Made by a program: the position numbers and the translations under genes. A stretch of 64,000 nt of DNA from positions 14,363-78,362 of the forward strand of contig JAKSMI010000007.1 of NCBI GenBank assembly GCA_024400635.1, read 5' to 3'. The notes under the pieces are model-generated. The model did no database searches. It saw only the letters and a program-made list of their open reading frames with translations, and was not told the DNA's origin. Origin of the DNA: Bacteroidales bacterium (lineage in GTDB: Bacteria; Bacteroidota; Bacteroidia; Bacteroidales; WCHB1-69). Positions 9,459 to 19,771 of the stretch are shown piece by piece (position 1 is the stretch's first letter; each line of letters starts with the position of its first letter).

Positions 9459-9863
9459 ATGATTATCACGAAGCAAGAAGAGTTGTCCTTGGTGGCCGCC
9501 GACCTGTTGAAAATACACAGCGACGATCGTGTTTTTGGCTTTTACGGTGAAATGGGTGCGGGAAAAACCTCGCTTATCAAGGAACTATGTCGCCAGCTCG
9601 GCGTTTCCGGCACGACTTCCAGCCCGACTTTCGCTATTGTTAACGAGTATTTTACCGATGATGGCGAACCTATATATCATTTTGATTTTTACCGCATCAA
9701 TGATATCGACGAAGCCGTGAAAATCGGTTTCGAGGATTATCTGTACAGTGGGTCCTATTGCTTTATCGAATGGACCGATAAAGTTCAGGAAATGCTTCCG
9801 GATGATTATATCGAAGTGAATATCAAAGTGTTGGAAGACGGAAGAAGAGAGTTTAACTACTAA
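9459..9863 (+). CDS. tsaE: tRNA t6A biosynthesis ATPase TsaE
   Basis: GEMGAGKT, SSPTFAIVNEY, YHFDFYR, FIEW. Confidence 0.95.
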   Translation: MIITKQEELSLVAADLLKIHSDDRVFGFYGEMGAGKTSLIKELCRQLGVSGTTSSPTFAIVNEYFTDDGEPIYHFDFYRINDIDEAVKIGFEDYLYSGSYCFIEWTDKVQEMLPDDYIEVNIKVLEDGRREFNY

Positions 9864-9877
9864 TCATAATACTACCG

Positions 9878-10585
9878 ATGGAATTTGCATTGCATTATTT
9901 GCCAGAAGAGCATACGAAGGAACAGACCTTTTTTTACGAAATAAATCATCATCCCACTTGTTTAGGCTTGGTGAAAGGTGATCGTCCCATTCCTGATGTG
10001 CTGTTGTTTCATCCTCAAGTTGTTAAAGCGTTGGTGGAGCGTGGTGTAAAGGTCTTTGTTCAGCGTGGTTATGCCGACCACACCTCCATGACGGATATGG
10101 ATTACGCTAATGTTGGTGCGGATATTGTAGATGATTTCGTGGCATTGACGCAATTGGCTAAGATTTTGGTCAAGTTTTCGCCTTTTACAGACATAGAGAC
10201 GCAGATGCTTCAGAATGGGCAGATTATTGTGTCGAGAGTACTTCCATCCGAGTTGGACGTTCAGTATATTAATGTTTTAGCAAAGAAAAAGATTTCTGCT
10301 GTTGCCATCAATTTTATCAAAGGGAAAGATGGTTGGAGTGTGTTGGATAATATTTTAATGTCATCCACCAATGCGGAAATTATGACGCAACGATTGGCAC
10401 ATTTTATTCTTCCGTTGATAGAATCGTTGTTGTTTTCCAACAACTTGCGCTATGGTGTGCAGACTAACCCAGCCTTGTTGGAAAGCATGTATTGTTATCG
10501 AGGGACATTGTGCAACAAAATGATAGCCACGCAGTTAGATGTAATGTGGAAGGATATTCTTTCGATATGCTTTGACTTAAATTAA
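9878..10585 (+). CDS. Alanine dehydrogenase/PNT N-terminal-domain protein lacking the NAD(H)-binding domain
   Basis: P.VVKALVERGVKVFVQRGYA..TDMDYANVGADIV, ILVKFSP, plus an Ald-like C-terminal tail; only 235 aa, no GxGxxG. Confidence 0.6.
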   Translation: MEFALHYLPEEHTKEQTFFYEINHHPTCLGLVKGDRPIPDVLLFHPQVVKALVERGVKVFVQRGYADHTSMTDMDYANVGADIVDDFVALTQLAKILVKFSPFTDIETQMLQNGQIIVSRVLPSELDVQYINVLAKKKISAVAINFIKGKDGWSVLDNILMSSTNAEIMTQRLAHFILPLIESLLFSNNLRYGVQTNPALLESMYCYRGTLCNKMIATQLDVMWKDILSICFDLN

Positions 10586-10762
10586 AAAACAATAACCCTA
10601 TACTTAAACGAACTATTCACTGGCGGACTCGTTATTCTGTGGGTCCAATGATAGAAGGATGTAAAGAAAACTCTCGTTTATAGTTTCATATTTTTACATA
10701 CAACTAAACTCTTGTTTCTTTTTTTTATTATTTTTGCATTTTAATTTATTGGATAAAATATT

Positions 10763-11569
10763 ATGAGTATTCTTGAGTATTTAAACAACAACACATTTTA
10801 TTCTTTGCCCGAAATCTTGAATCTGCATCACGGCAATCCATTGGGTTTGACTCCAGTGGCAGAATTGATATTCATCTTTGTGGTTGTGGCTATTATGGGC
10901 TATTTCAACCATAGAATCAGATATTATGGAAAATCACAGTATTATCCAGTTTTGTATACACTGCTGGCTATTTCAACCATCTCTATTTTTTATTATTGTT
11001 TTCAGGCGGATTTGCCGACCATTGAGCCGCACAATCCATTTGCAAAACCTTGCATTGGATGGTTCTGCTACCCAGATGCCGTAGGTTGGACTTGGGCTAT
11101 CATTGGTATTGCAGGTATGATGATTGTGATTTACAATATGTTGATTGCGGTGATGCAGACCACTGCTGAAATGTCGGTGCATGCTAAATTGATAGAAGGC
11201 AAACCATGGAAAGAATGGAAATGGGCTGTTTATATTTCTTTGTTTGGTGTTGCAGCGATTGGCTTCAGTCATACTGGAACGCACGAATTTGCCACATGGA
11301 CATTGATTATAACCCAGTTGATTCTTCTGCTTTTTGTTATTGGCAAAATTATCTTCGACAGCATCAGATGCAAAAACGCTTTGTGGGGTATTTCTATCGG
11401 TTTGGTGTTTTACATCAGTCTGATTGCCATTATGATGTTGACGACTGAATGTATGTATGGAACAGCTTATTTCTTTGTGGGCTGTTTGGCGATTTTCTCT
11501 GCAGCTAAGGCAAGAAAGAAAAATGCCAAAAAATCCTCATACGACAATACAATCGATGGCAAGCAATAG
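10763..11569 (+). CDS. Hypothetical multi-pass membrane protein
   Basis: About 7 hydrophobic segments; CIGWFC motif; basic C-terminus. Confidence 0.65.
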   Translation: MSILEYLNNNTFYSLPEILNLHHGNPLGLTPVAELIFIFVVVAIMGYFNHRIRYYGKSQYYPVLYTLLAISTISIFYYCFQADLPTIEPHNPFAKPCIGWFCYPDAVGWTWAIIGIAGMMIVIYNMLIAVMQTTAEMSVHAKLIEGKPWKEWKWAVYISLFGVAAIGFSHTGTHEFATWTLIITQLILLLFVIGKIIFDSIRCKNALWGISIGLVFYISLIAIMMLTTECMYGTAYFFVGCLAIFSAAKARKKNAKKSSYDNTIDGKQ

Positions 11570-11677
11570 GCGTGATAATTTCATCGTATGATGGATAAAA
11601 GAACTGACCCGCAAACACCCTGATGACCATTGACATGGAGTTGAAGATGGAGTCGGTGATGTGGTCAACTTTCAGCA

Positions 11678-12395
11678 TTATGCTTCCAATGATTTCTGAA
11701 TCCTTCTGATGAGTCCGGTCAGAACCATTCCGGGGCCGCACTCTACGAACTCTTCCGCACCATCATTAATCATATTGATGACGGTCTGAGTCCATCGGAC
11801 GGATGAAGTCAATTGTGCCAGAAGGTTCTTCTTGATTACCACAGGGTCGGAATATGGCTTTGCATCCACATTCTGGTAAATCGGACAGCAAGGAGTCTTG
11901 AACTCCGCCTTCTCGATGGCGGCAGCCAGTTCCACACGTGCAGGCTCCATCAGCGGAGAATGGTAGGCACCACCCACAGCCAAAGGCAAAGCACGCTTTG
12001 CGCCAGCCTCCTTCAGTCGGGCACAAGCCTCTTTCACTGATTCCACTTCACCGGAGATTACCACCTGCCCGGGGCTGTTGTAGTTTACAGGAACCACCAC
12101 ACCCTCAATCTCCGAGCACACCTTCTCAATGGTCTCGTCAGGAAGATTGATGATGGCAGCCATCGTTCCGGGAACCTTCTCGCAACAAGCCTGCATAGCC
12201 ATTGCACGGGCATACACTAAACGGAGTCCGACCTCGAAGCTCAATGAGCCAGCAGCAACCAGAGCCGAGAACTCGCCCAACGAATGACCGGCCACCATAT
12301 CGGGCTTGAAGTCATCCATACACAGGGCAGTGATAACCGAATGCAGGAAGACGGCCGGCTGAGTCACCTTTGTCTGCTTCAGGTCATCCTCAGTG
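11678..12395 (-). pseudogene. fabD: Malonyl-CoA:ACP transacylase, 5'-truncated and fused to an IS remnant
   Basis: QTKVTQPAVF, AGHSLGEFS, NYNSPGQVVISG, AYHSPLM, ECGPG are present; the N-terminal FPGQG region is missing and replaced by transposase-derived sequence. Confidence 0.8.
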
Positions 12396-12876
12396 TCACC
12401 TTCTTCCTCGTTCCAAAGCTCGCTGCCGTGCCCCTCCTTGAGGGGCCTTGTTCTCTTCGCGGGTGTTCCTTTGCCGGGGAACCTCCACGAAACTGCCGTC
12501 AATAATCACGCCCCGGTTCAGAATCAAATTGCTGTCTCTCAGTAATTTGTCGAAATCATTGAAGAGCTTTTCAAACAAGTGCTTTTCCGTCAGCTGGTTC
12601 TTGAACACCCAGATTGTTCGGGCATCCGGCACCTTGTCGCCGCTTGCCAGTCCGAGGAAATTCCGGAAACTCGTTCTGTCAACAATCTGGTATTCAGTCT
12701 GTTCGTCGCTCAGATTGTACATGCGCTGCAGCACGAAATCCGCGGTTTCCAGTCCGTTTGTAGGTTTGCCTTTTCATTTTAATGTCGTTGAAATTTTCTG
12801 CAAATATACAAATAATTATTTGATTATCAAAGATTTACATCAAATTATTTTTAATAAAAAAAACGTTTGGAGTGAC
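12396..12876 (-). mobile_element. IS5-family transposase remnant (internally deleted and truncated)
   Basis: LQRMYNLSDEQTEYQIVDRTSFRNFLGL..DKVPDARTIW..IIDGSFVEVPRQRNTREEN; out-of-frame N-terminus MKRQTYKRTGNRGF from ATG 12777; no complete DDE domain. Confidence 0.8.
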
Positions 12877-13031
12877 GATGTTGGACTCAGCGAATTCACC
12901 CTCAAGATTGCGGACCCCATCAAATTAAAACTTCCTTAACAAAACCGGCAATGAAATGACGGAAATTGCGCTTTTTAACGTTGTATATTACTGAAAATCA
13001 ATTGGTTTTAATTAGAAGTCACTACATATTT

Positions 13032-13128
13032 TGTAGAACTCCGCAATTCCGCTGCAAAATTACTGCTTTTCCCCGATATAGAAGCCCCTTTCCGGAAAAA
13101 TCCTTACACATTAAGCGTTTTTAACATT
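13032..13128 (-). repeat. Copy 1 of a ~100 bp promoter-bearing dispersed repeat
   Basis: 73/97 identical, ungapped (hand count), to 22761-22857; contains TAATTTTGCAG -7 element. Confidence 0.85.
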
Positions 13129-13187
13129 TGAGTCCCTCACCCCTTCCTTCGACCATCGGTTGCCGAGCTCGTCGAGGTGCAGGAACC

Positions 13188-13229
13188 ACCTCTAACCTTT
13201 AACCTCTAACCTCTCACCTTTAACCTCGT
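13188..13229. repeat. Heptamer tandem repeat (ACCTYTA-type) x6
   Basis: ACCTCTA ACCTTTA ACCTCTA ACCTCTC ACCTTTA ACCTCGT. Confidence 0.9.
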
Positions 13230-13670
13230 GTCCCGCACATACCACCTTCCCTTCAGCCAATGCCAAAACACGTTCTACCAAAGCGGCAGCCTGAGCCTTG
13301 TTGCCATGCGGAAGGTTGGTCACCACCTTACAACCGGGGATGTAGGCATCGCCTGTGAATATTACCTTTTCATCGGCATAGCAGATGCTGGAGGGGTTGT
13401 GCCCGGGCGTTTCATACACCTCAAGGCCGCACAGCTTGTCGCCCTCCTTCACCACCTGCACGTTGGGGCAATCTATGCTGACGGGAGACCCGTGATAGAG
13501 CGATAAATTCAGCTTGTCATCCGCCAATGCCGCCTTGCCCCATTCGTTGGTGTATATCGCCACCTCGGGGAACTTTTCTAAAAGCGCAGGCAGTCCATAG
13601 ATATGGTCGAAGTGCGCGTGCGTCAGCAGCACACCCTCAACCTTCAAATCCAGCAACCGCCTGCAGTTTT
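13192..13670 (-). pseudogene. MBL-fold metallo-hydrolase, probably lacking its native N-terminus
   Basis: LTHAHFDHIYG, ETPGHNP, FTGDA, AGH; the 5' part of the track ORF is built from repeat sequence. Confidence 0.7.
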
Positions 13671-13742
13671 CGTTGGTTGGTGAGCCATGTTTACCCTGAG
13701 CTGGTCGAAGGGAACCATCGTTATCGTTGACTAAGTCATCCC

Positions 13743-13777
13743 CCATAAACCATACACCATAAACCATACACCCTAAA
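13743..13777. repeat. Heptamer tandem repeat (CCATAMA-type) x5
   Basis: CCATAAA CCATACA CCATAAA CCATACA CCCTAAA. Confidence 0.9.
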
Positions 13778-13876
13778 CAATCTCCATCAGATAATCATTC
13801 TTCGAGAACATCTTGCCGTACTGGGGAACCAGTAGAGAGGAAGCAATGGTCTCTCCACGAAGCCGTCAGTTGCATT

Positions 13877-14863
13877 TTAGAATAACTTATACCTTATTAA
13901 GTCTATAATATCAAACAAACTATTTGATGGATGTTCTGCATTCCATTCCACAAATTCTTCCCTTTGGCGAACTTTTCTAAAAAATCCTTGTTGTTGTCCC
14001 AATGGATTATAGTTCAAAAATTTACCACCATCCATTGAATCAATCATTGCCATATCTTCATTAGTAAGTGCAAAATCAAAGATGCTAATATTTTCTTTCA
14101 GGTGTTCAATATTCCATGTCTTTGGTATCATTATTATGCCCTGTTGTTGCATCCAACGAAGAACAATTTGTACAACTGACTTATTATATTTTGATGCTAT
14201 ATTCAATAACACATCGTTCTCTACAATCCCCTTCCTCGGTTCTATTGAACGGAAATGACTGAATGTGAACATTGCTTGAGGCACAATCCCTTTATTATGA
14301 CAATACTTTATCAATGATTTTTGCGTATTCAAAGGGCTAATTTCAAATTGATTTACAGCAGGGACAATATCAGATATCTCTGCCAATGCATCTATATGAG
14401 GTTGCAAAAAATTGCTGACTCCTATTGCCTTTATACGTCCTTCTTTATATAACACTTCCAATGCCTTCCACATCTTATCTGCGTTGGGATAAGGATAGTG
14501 AATTAAAAACAAGTCAATATATTCGGTCCCGAGATTATCAAAAGACTCTTGAATTACATCTTTAATAGTACGCCCATTAGGTATATTCAAAATACTTCTG
14601 CGACCATACTTATACTGACCTCTATTAAGAGCTGCAGCATTAATTTTAGTCGTCAAGAAAACATCTTCACGCTTAATTCCATTATCTTTCAAAGCCTGAC
14701 AGATGGCTTTTTCATTTTTGTACTTCCATGCCGTGTCAAACTGACGATAACCCATTTCGTATGCTTCACCAATGGTCCGAGTCATTTCTTCATTAGGTAT
14801 AAGAAACGTGCCTAAACCTAATTGAGGCATCTGAACGCCATTATTCAAAGTTATCATTTTCAT
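13877..14863 (-). CDS. Aldo/keto reductase
   Basis: MPQLGLGTF, FDTAWKYKNE, YIDLFLIHYP, AIGVSNF, QIVLRW, IPKT. Confidence 0.92.
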   Translation of the reverse strand: MKMITLNNGVQMPQLGLGTFLIPNEEMTRTIGEAYEMGYRQFDTAWKYKNEKAICQALKDNGIKREDVFLTTKINAAALNRGQYKYGRRSILNIPNGRTIKDVIQESFDNLGTEYIDLFLIHYPYPNADKMWKALEVLYKEGRIKAIGVSNFLQPHIDALAEISDIVPAVNQFEISPLNTQKSLIKYCHNKGIVPQAMFTFSHFRSIEPRKGIVENDVLLNIASKYNKSVVQIVLRWMQQQGIIMIPKTWNIEHLKENISIFDFALTNEDMAMIDSMDGGKFLNYNPLGQQQGFFRKVRQREEFVEWNAEHPSNSLFDIIDLIRYKLF

Positions 14864-15836
14864 AAGCCAAGTCCTTTCATTATTTTGTCTTTATAACCGT
14901 ATGATCCTACAAATTCTATCATATCGAGATCTGGGAGATGATTACCTTCTATCAACAAAGGGCCTTTATCTGTGATAGCCACATCCCATCCTATATACCT
15001 GCAATCTGGCAGCAAGTTTGCCGCGCGTTCACAGATATTTCTCACTTCATTCCAATAAGGTATCTTACGTCCAAGCATACAAATTTCTGTTCCAGGATGA
15101 ATATACGAACTATTACCATTGGCGGCATAGTATGGAGAGATTATATAACCTAGATCTTGGTCAATCTCGTATGCGCAACCTCCAGAATGGCTATTGTCAA
15201 CTATCGACTCACCTATACCAGCGCGGACTACGGTCTTAATAATGGATATCTTTCCCGTATCTGCATGACGTACCGTGTAAACACGTATTGTATTGACAGA
15301 CTTATTACCAAATACCATATCGGGGTGTTGAATAATTTTTTCTTCTATCATCACATCTGATGCACAACAATTCTCAAACACCGTCTTTATTTCTTCGTCT
15401 GTATTTGGCATCTCGCACAAGATAACACCATCACCTTCAAGTCCGCTCATTGGCTTAATAATCGCACATTTGTGTCTATTGCAGAAGACTTTAAAATCAT
15501 CAAAATTCATCGTTTTTGAATAGAGCCAATCTCTCCCTACAAAATCAGCAAAGTAAGTGTTGAAATCCACCTTCTCTTTAAGATAATGGATTGAATCCGA
15601 TTTATTCGCTATTGCAACAACTTTACGCCAATTCTTATAGGTAAAGACTTTTCTGCGTTCACATGCGCTTCTTTTGTAGAAGTTTCCTACGACATAGTGA
15701 TTAAGCGCGCATCCATACCGTAAGCGTGCCCAAACACTATCAATATACATACAAAATTTGCCCCCCCCCCCCCAACGGCAACAGCGAGGGAATCAATTGC
15801 AGATTTGTATTTTTTTATACCATTAAATATAATCAT
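14860..15836 (-). CDS. Sugar-transfer-associated ATP-grasp protein (ATPgrasp_ST), frameshifted at a G13 tract
   Basis: SVNTIRVYT, VDNSHSGG, HPGT, YIGWDVAIT..GPLLIEGN. An upstream ATG at 15836 (MIIFNGIKKYKSAIDSLAVAV) joins the main frame only if the tract at 15761-15773 is G11 or G14. Confidence 0.8.
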
Positions 15837-15845
15837 TTCGTAATG

Positions 15846-16815
15846 CTATTTGTCCAAAGAAAGTTTATACAAGTCGCCAAGAGTCATATCGAACTCAGCA
15901 GGATGGAAAGATGCGAAACCTTCATTACTAGAATCAAATGTCAATTCTGCAAGGTAAAGTTTTTCATCTGTATCAAAGAAGTCAACACGTATAAAGGGAA
16001 ATCCCTTAGAAAGCACTTGAGCATATTCTATCATTTGTTCAAGATGTTTCGGTTTTTCTGCATCGCATGAAGGGTGATCTTCGTACTGTACATCCATTTT
16101 ATTCCATTCTTTATCATACATTGCAAAGAGAGGGCCTTCTGAGCCAAAACGTTCTTTGACAAATAAGCAACAATAAACCAGCCCATCAAAACAAAACCAT
16201 TTGTAATCATATAATTGATCAGCTATATTTTCAATATACTCTTCCGCCAAAATCATCGGTTTTGCCTTATAGTAGTTCGTTACCAAAGAATTCATAAGCG
16301 TATTCTCTGGTTTGAGCCAGTCATGCAATTGCTTCTTCAATTTTTCAAAGTCTGTTTCTGATTTCTTCTTAATTACCTTTATGCATTGTCCACTAGACTG
16401 CATGTTTGCCTTCAAGATAAAGGTTTCAGGCAAATGGGGGGGTGATTTTCCACGCATTTTCAAGTGCTTCAATACTATCCCAAGCTCCATACATTGGAAC
16501 TACATGCCCTTTTCCCAATTTTTCGTCTATGTAATCCTTAAAGGAAACTTTATCAGTTATTCTGTATCTATCTGGGTTCTGGCAGAAGAACTTGCTCCAC
16601 TGACACTTTTCTGGGAATGTAGTTGGATGATGAATATCGAAACGATACCCCTGCATCTTCTCAAATAGGTCCATATCATACTTTACAAGGTGTTCCAAAG
16701 ACCATTTGTCCATAGTACGCAATTCACCATATTTCAAGAACCTGTTCAAACGCAAGGCTAAGGTTCTTAAATAAGGGCTACCGATTAATACTTTCTTTAG
16801 ACTTTTGTTCAACAT
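15846..16815 (-). CDS. TupA-like ATP-grasp protein, split by a frameshift at a C7 tract
   Basis: 5' ORF has PTTFPEKCQW and TDKVSFKDYI; 3' ORF has LPETFILKAN, DYKWFCFDG, FIRVDFF and LAELTF; C6 or C9 at 16436-16442 fuses them. Confidence 0.82.
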
Positions 16816-16819
16816 TTCT

Positions 16820-17786
16820 TCAACTTTTTAAGATTTTCACCACATCTGCGTATGCACCAGGAGTTCCGAGGCTTTCCAAGGTGAATATCCCTGGGTTGTG
16901 ATTGCCTTCAATGAGTTCTACACCATTTTGTGTGAATGCAACATCCCAACCAATAAATCTGCATTGTGGTATTTTTTCTGCTGCCTTTGTGACGGCTTCT
17001 ATGGCAAGTTCCCAATTAGGTAAATGATAACCAACCATACAAGTTTCGGTTCCAGGATGAAATATTATGTCATAATTATTACCCTGAATGCCTTTGTGGT
17101 CAATGATGCCACTCTTAACATCAATCTCATAAAGTACACCTCCTGCTGAATAATTATCAACCACTGAATTACCAACCCCAACTCGTAAACCTGCTCGAAC
17201 CACATGAGCCTTACCCTCTGTATCAAGAACCGTAAGAATACGTGCAGAATTTACTGACTCATTTCCGAAAATCATTTTCTTGTGTTGACGTATTATCGTT
17301 TCTATTATTAAATTCTTATTTTTTAAATCTGTTAATAGTCGTTCAAAAGTTATGTCGCTGGTTTTAATTTTATAAATTCCTTCGCCTTCCATGTCATCAA
17401 GTGGTTTAATAAACAACTCTTCATTTTCAACGTACATTTTTTTTAACTTGCCTTCATCCATATTTTTAGAGCACAACCACTCCCTCTCTACAAACTCCGC
17501 AAAAAAGGCATTGAATTCATTTTTATTTTCCAAAAGGTGAATGTAACTTCGATTATTATAACCTTTAATAATCCGTTCAACTTTTCTCTGAGTAAAAGCA
17601 TGTTTACGTACAACCTTACTCATCAAATAGAAGTGTCCTTTTATATACTGATTTATCAAACAACCATATTTTAACAAGCAATATGAAGAGTCAAAATAGA
17701 ACCACAAACGACTTATTCCAGTCTCTTTAGAGAGTTTCTTACCCCCCCCCTATAACCTTTTGAATATAATTAACATACTGTTTCAT
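16820..17786 (-). CDS. Second ATPgrasp_ST protein, frameshifted at a G9 tract
   Basis: SVNSARILT, VDNYSAGG, FIGWDVAFT..GVELIEGNHNPG. ATG 17786 reads MKQYVNYIQKVIGGG-TAA with G9; G8 or G11 reads through into the main ORF. Confidence 0.82.
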
Positions 17787-17793
17787 AGTTCAA

Positions 17794-18819
17794 TCAAATC
17801 AGTGAGAAATTATCATTTACCAACTCGCTTTTCCGGCGAATTACAACATCATCATACATCAGCATAAGAATATCATCATCATACTGGCCGATGATGCTCT
17901 CGTTCTCGATACCGTTCATATTATTCCAAATCAGGGGGAAGAAATCCACACCAGCTCCATAGGCATGAAGATATGCACCACCGAAACGAGGATTTACCTC
18001 AGAGAGAAGATACTCGCCATCCCTGATGAAGAAGTCCATATCAAGAGGACCACAGAACTTGAAGGCAAGAGCAATCTTCTCTATGAATGCGAATAGTTTA
18101 GGATCTTTGTAAGAGATTGTCTTGCTGGCACCACCGATACGGATCTCAATCTTACGCTTGGAGAAGGCTGCCACGGCTTTGTGACTGATAGCATCTACGT
18201 ACACGTCTGCATCACAGTCGCCACCGGCCATCAACTCCTGGATTATGTAGTCGTGCTCACCACTGAACCAGTCGCTCTTCGCCTGTTCCATAGTATAAAC
18301 CTTGTGAGCACCTACACTACCACTACCGCAAATAGGCTTCATAAATACAGGGAAACCAATCTCGCCATCCTCAATAGCCTTCACGAACTCATCCCAATCG
18401 TGGAATGTCAAAGGCGTAGGGATGCCCTTAGACTTGCAGTACTTGAACATCTCATACTTATCAAAGCAGCAACGGGCTGTGATGTCATCAGCGGGACAAA
18501 GAGGCAAAACACCAGCCTCAAGGAATCGGTCACGATTGCGTGATAGCACTTCAATTTCAGGATCTATCAGTGTTGTTATTGCCCTTACATTATTATCCTT
18601 GCATATATTGATTACGGTATCAATATAATCGGGAGCATCTATCCGAGGGACAACATATTCCTTCGAAGCAAAAGCCAATGCCGGTGCTGTCGCATTATTG
18701 TCAGTTGCTACAATTCTGCATTTATCACCAATTGATTCCTGGGCATTTCGAAGCAGCCGACCACGTCGGCCACAACTACAAAATAAAAAACTATTCATTT
18801 TACCGTTATTATTTTTCAT
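17794..18819 (-). CDS. ATP-grasp protein (carbamoyl-phosphate-synthase-like, PRK12767 type)
   Basis: SCGRR, TLIDPEI, CFDKYEM, KPICGSGS, IIQE, SEVNPRFGGAY. Confidence 0.85.
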   Translation of the reverse strand: MKNNNGKMNSFLFCSCGRRGRLLRNAQESIGDKCRIVATDNNATAPALAFASKEYVVPRIDAPDYIDTVINICKDNNVRAITTLIDPEIEVLSRNRDRFLEAGVLPLCPADDITARCCFDKYEMFKYCKSKGIPTPLTFHDWDEFVKAIEDGEIGFPVFMKPICGSGSVGAHKVYTMEQAKSDWFSGEHDYIIQELMAGGDCDADVYVDAISHKAVAAFSKRKIEIRIGGASKTISYKDPKLFAFIEKIALAFKFCGPLDMDFFIRDGEYLLSEVNPRFGGAYLHAYGAGVDFFPLIWNNMNGIENESIIGQYDDDILMLMYDDVVIRRKSELVNDNFSLI

Positions 18820-19771
18820 TTATATATCTGCAATTATTCTTAAAAAACAATGGTGTCCCTCCTGTATGGATAAAGAGGATACGCTTCCCCTTGATATTGT
18901 TCTTCTTTAGATAATCTTGCATCCCATAAAAAGCCTTGCCGGTATAAGTCGCATCCAAATTTATACCGTTTTTAGCGAATTGATGCTTAATCATATCCAT
19001 AACCTCTTTGCTATATGTACCATATCCATCGCACCTATAATCGCCCAAAATAGTATAGTCCTTTTCTGAGATATTGCTGGCAATACTGGAATCGTAAGCC
19101 TGAAGTGACTGCCTCATTATTTCCTTAGCGCGAGACACTTCCCGAGCTATCGTAATACCATATAGCCGCTTTCTATATCCGCCGACAACATTTTCTATAA
19201 TCAGGCCGCTCATTGATGTTCCGGTGGCAAGAGTAATGAAAATATAATCAAAGTTCACATCATTTTCGTCTTCGAAACGCACTATTTGTTTCAGAACATT
19301 CCGATAAGAATCAGTGCCTCTTACTCCATGCCCACCTCCGTAAATAAAATATGGCTTATGTTCTTTTTTGTATGCGGAGATAACTTCATCTATAGTATGC
19401 GAAACTGCATTCACGGAGCATTTGACAATCCTCGCACCAAGGAATGAAACCAATTCACTATTCGGTGTCTGTACATAATTTTCTTCAGGAGATACAATAA
19501 CGCATTGCAAACCATATCTTGAAGCCATATTGGCAATCACTCGGCATAGATTGGAGCTGCTGGCTCCGTATGTCACCACTACATCATACCCTCCTTCAAT
19601 TATTTCCTTAAAATAACTTGCGGCAATACGGCATTTGTTGCCTCCAAAAGAAAACGGAATTGCTTCTTCCTTTTTAATATATAAGTCATTGGAGTCATCA
19701 CTGATTTTCACTATTGGCGTATCATAGTTCTGAATCCAATCAAGTTCTTCAATTATATCACTTTTTTTCAT
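18809..19771 (-). CDS. PLP-dependent D-cysteine desulfhydrase/ACC deaminase-like protein
   Basis: FSFGGNKCR (PLP lysine), YGASSSNLCR, ATGTSMSGL, LDATYTGKAF, FIHTGG. Confidence 0.85.
   Translation of the reverse strand: MKKSDIIEELDWIQNYDTPIVKISDDSNDLYIKKEEAIPFSFGGNKCRIAASYFKEIIEGGYDVVVTYGASSSNLCRVIANMASRYGLQCVIVSPEENYVQTPNSELVSFLGARIVKCSVNAVSHTIDEVISAYKKEHKPYFIYGGGHGVRGTDSYRNVLKQIVRFEDENDVNFDYIFITLATGTSMSGLIIENVVGGYRKRLYGITIAREVSRAKEIMRQSLQAYDSSIASNISEKDYTILGDYRCDGYGTYSKEVMDMIKHQFAKNGINLDATYTGKAFYGMQDYLKKNNIKGKRILFIHTGGTPLFFKNNCRYINEK

Noticed and set aside
11678-12502. Full-length FabD as given by the ORF track
   Set aside because: The first ~36 residues derive from the transposase remnant; the conserved N-terminal motif is absent
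12877-13022. Possible right end of a second IS (..ADPIKLKLP* then TTAGAAGTCAC)
   Set aside because: Suggestive only; no matching inverted repeat or target duplication could be established
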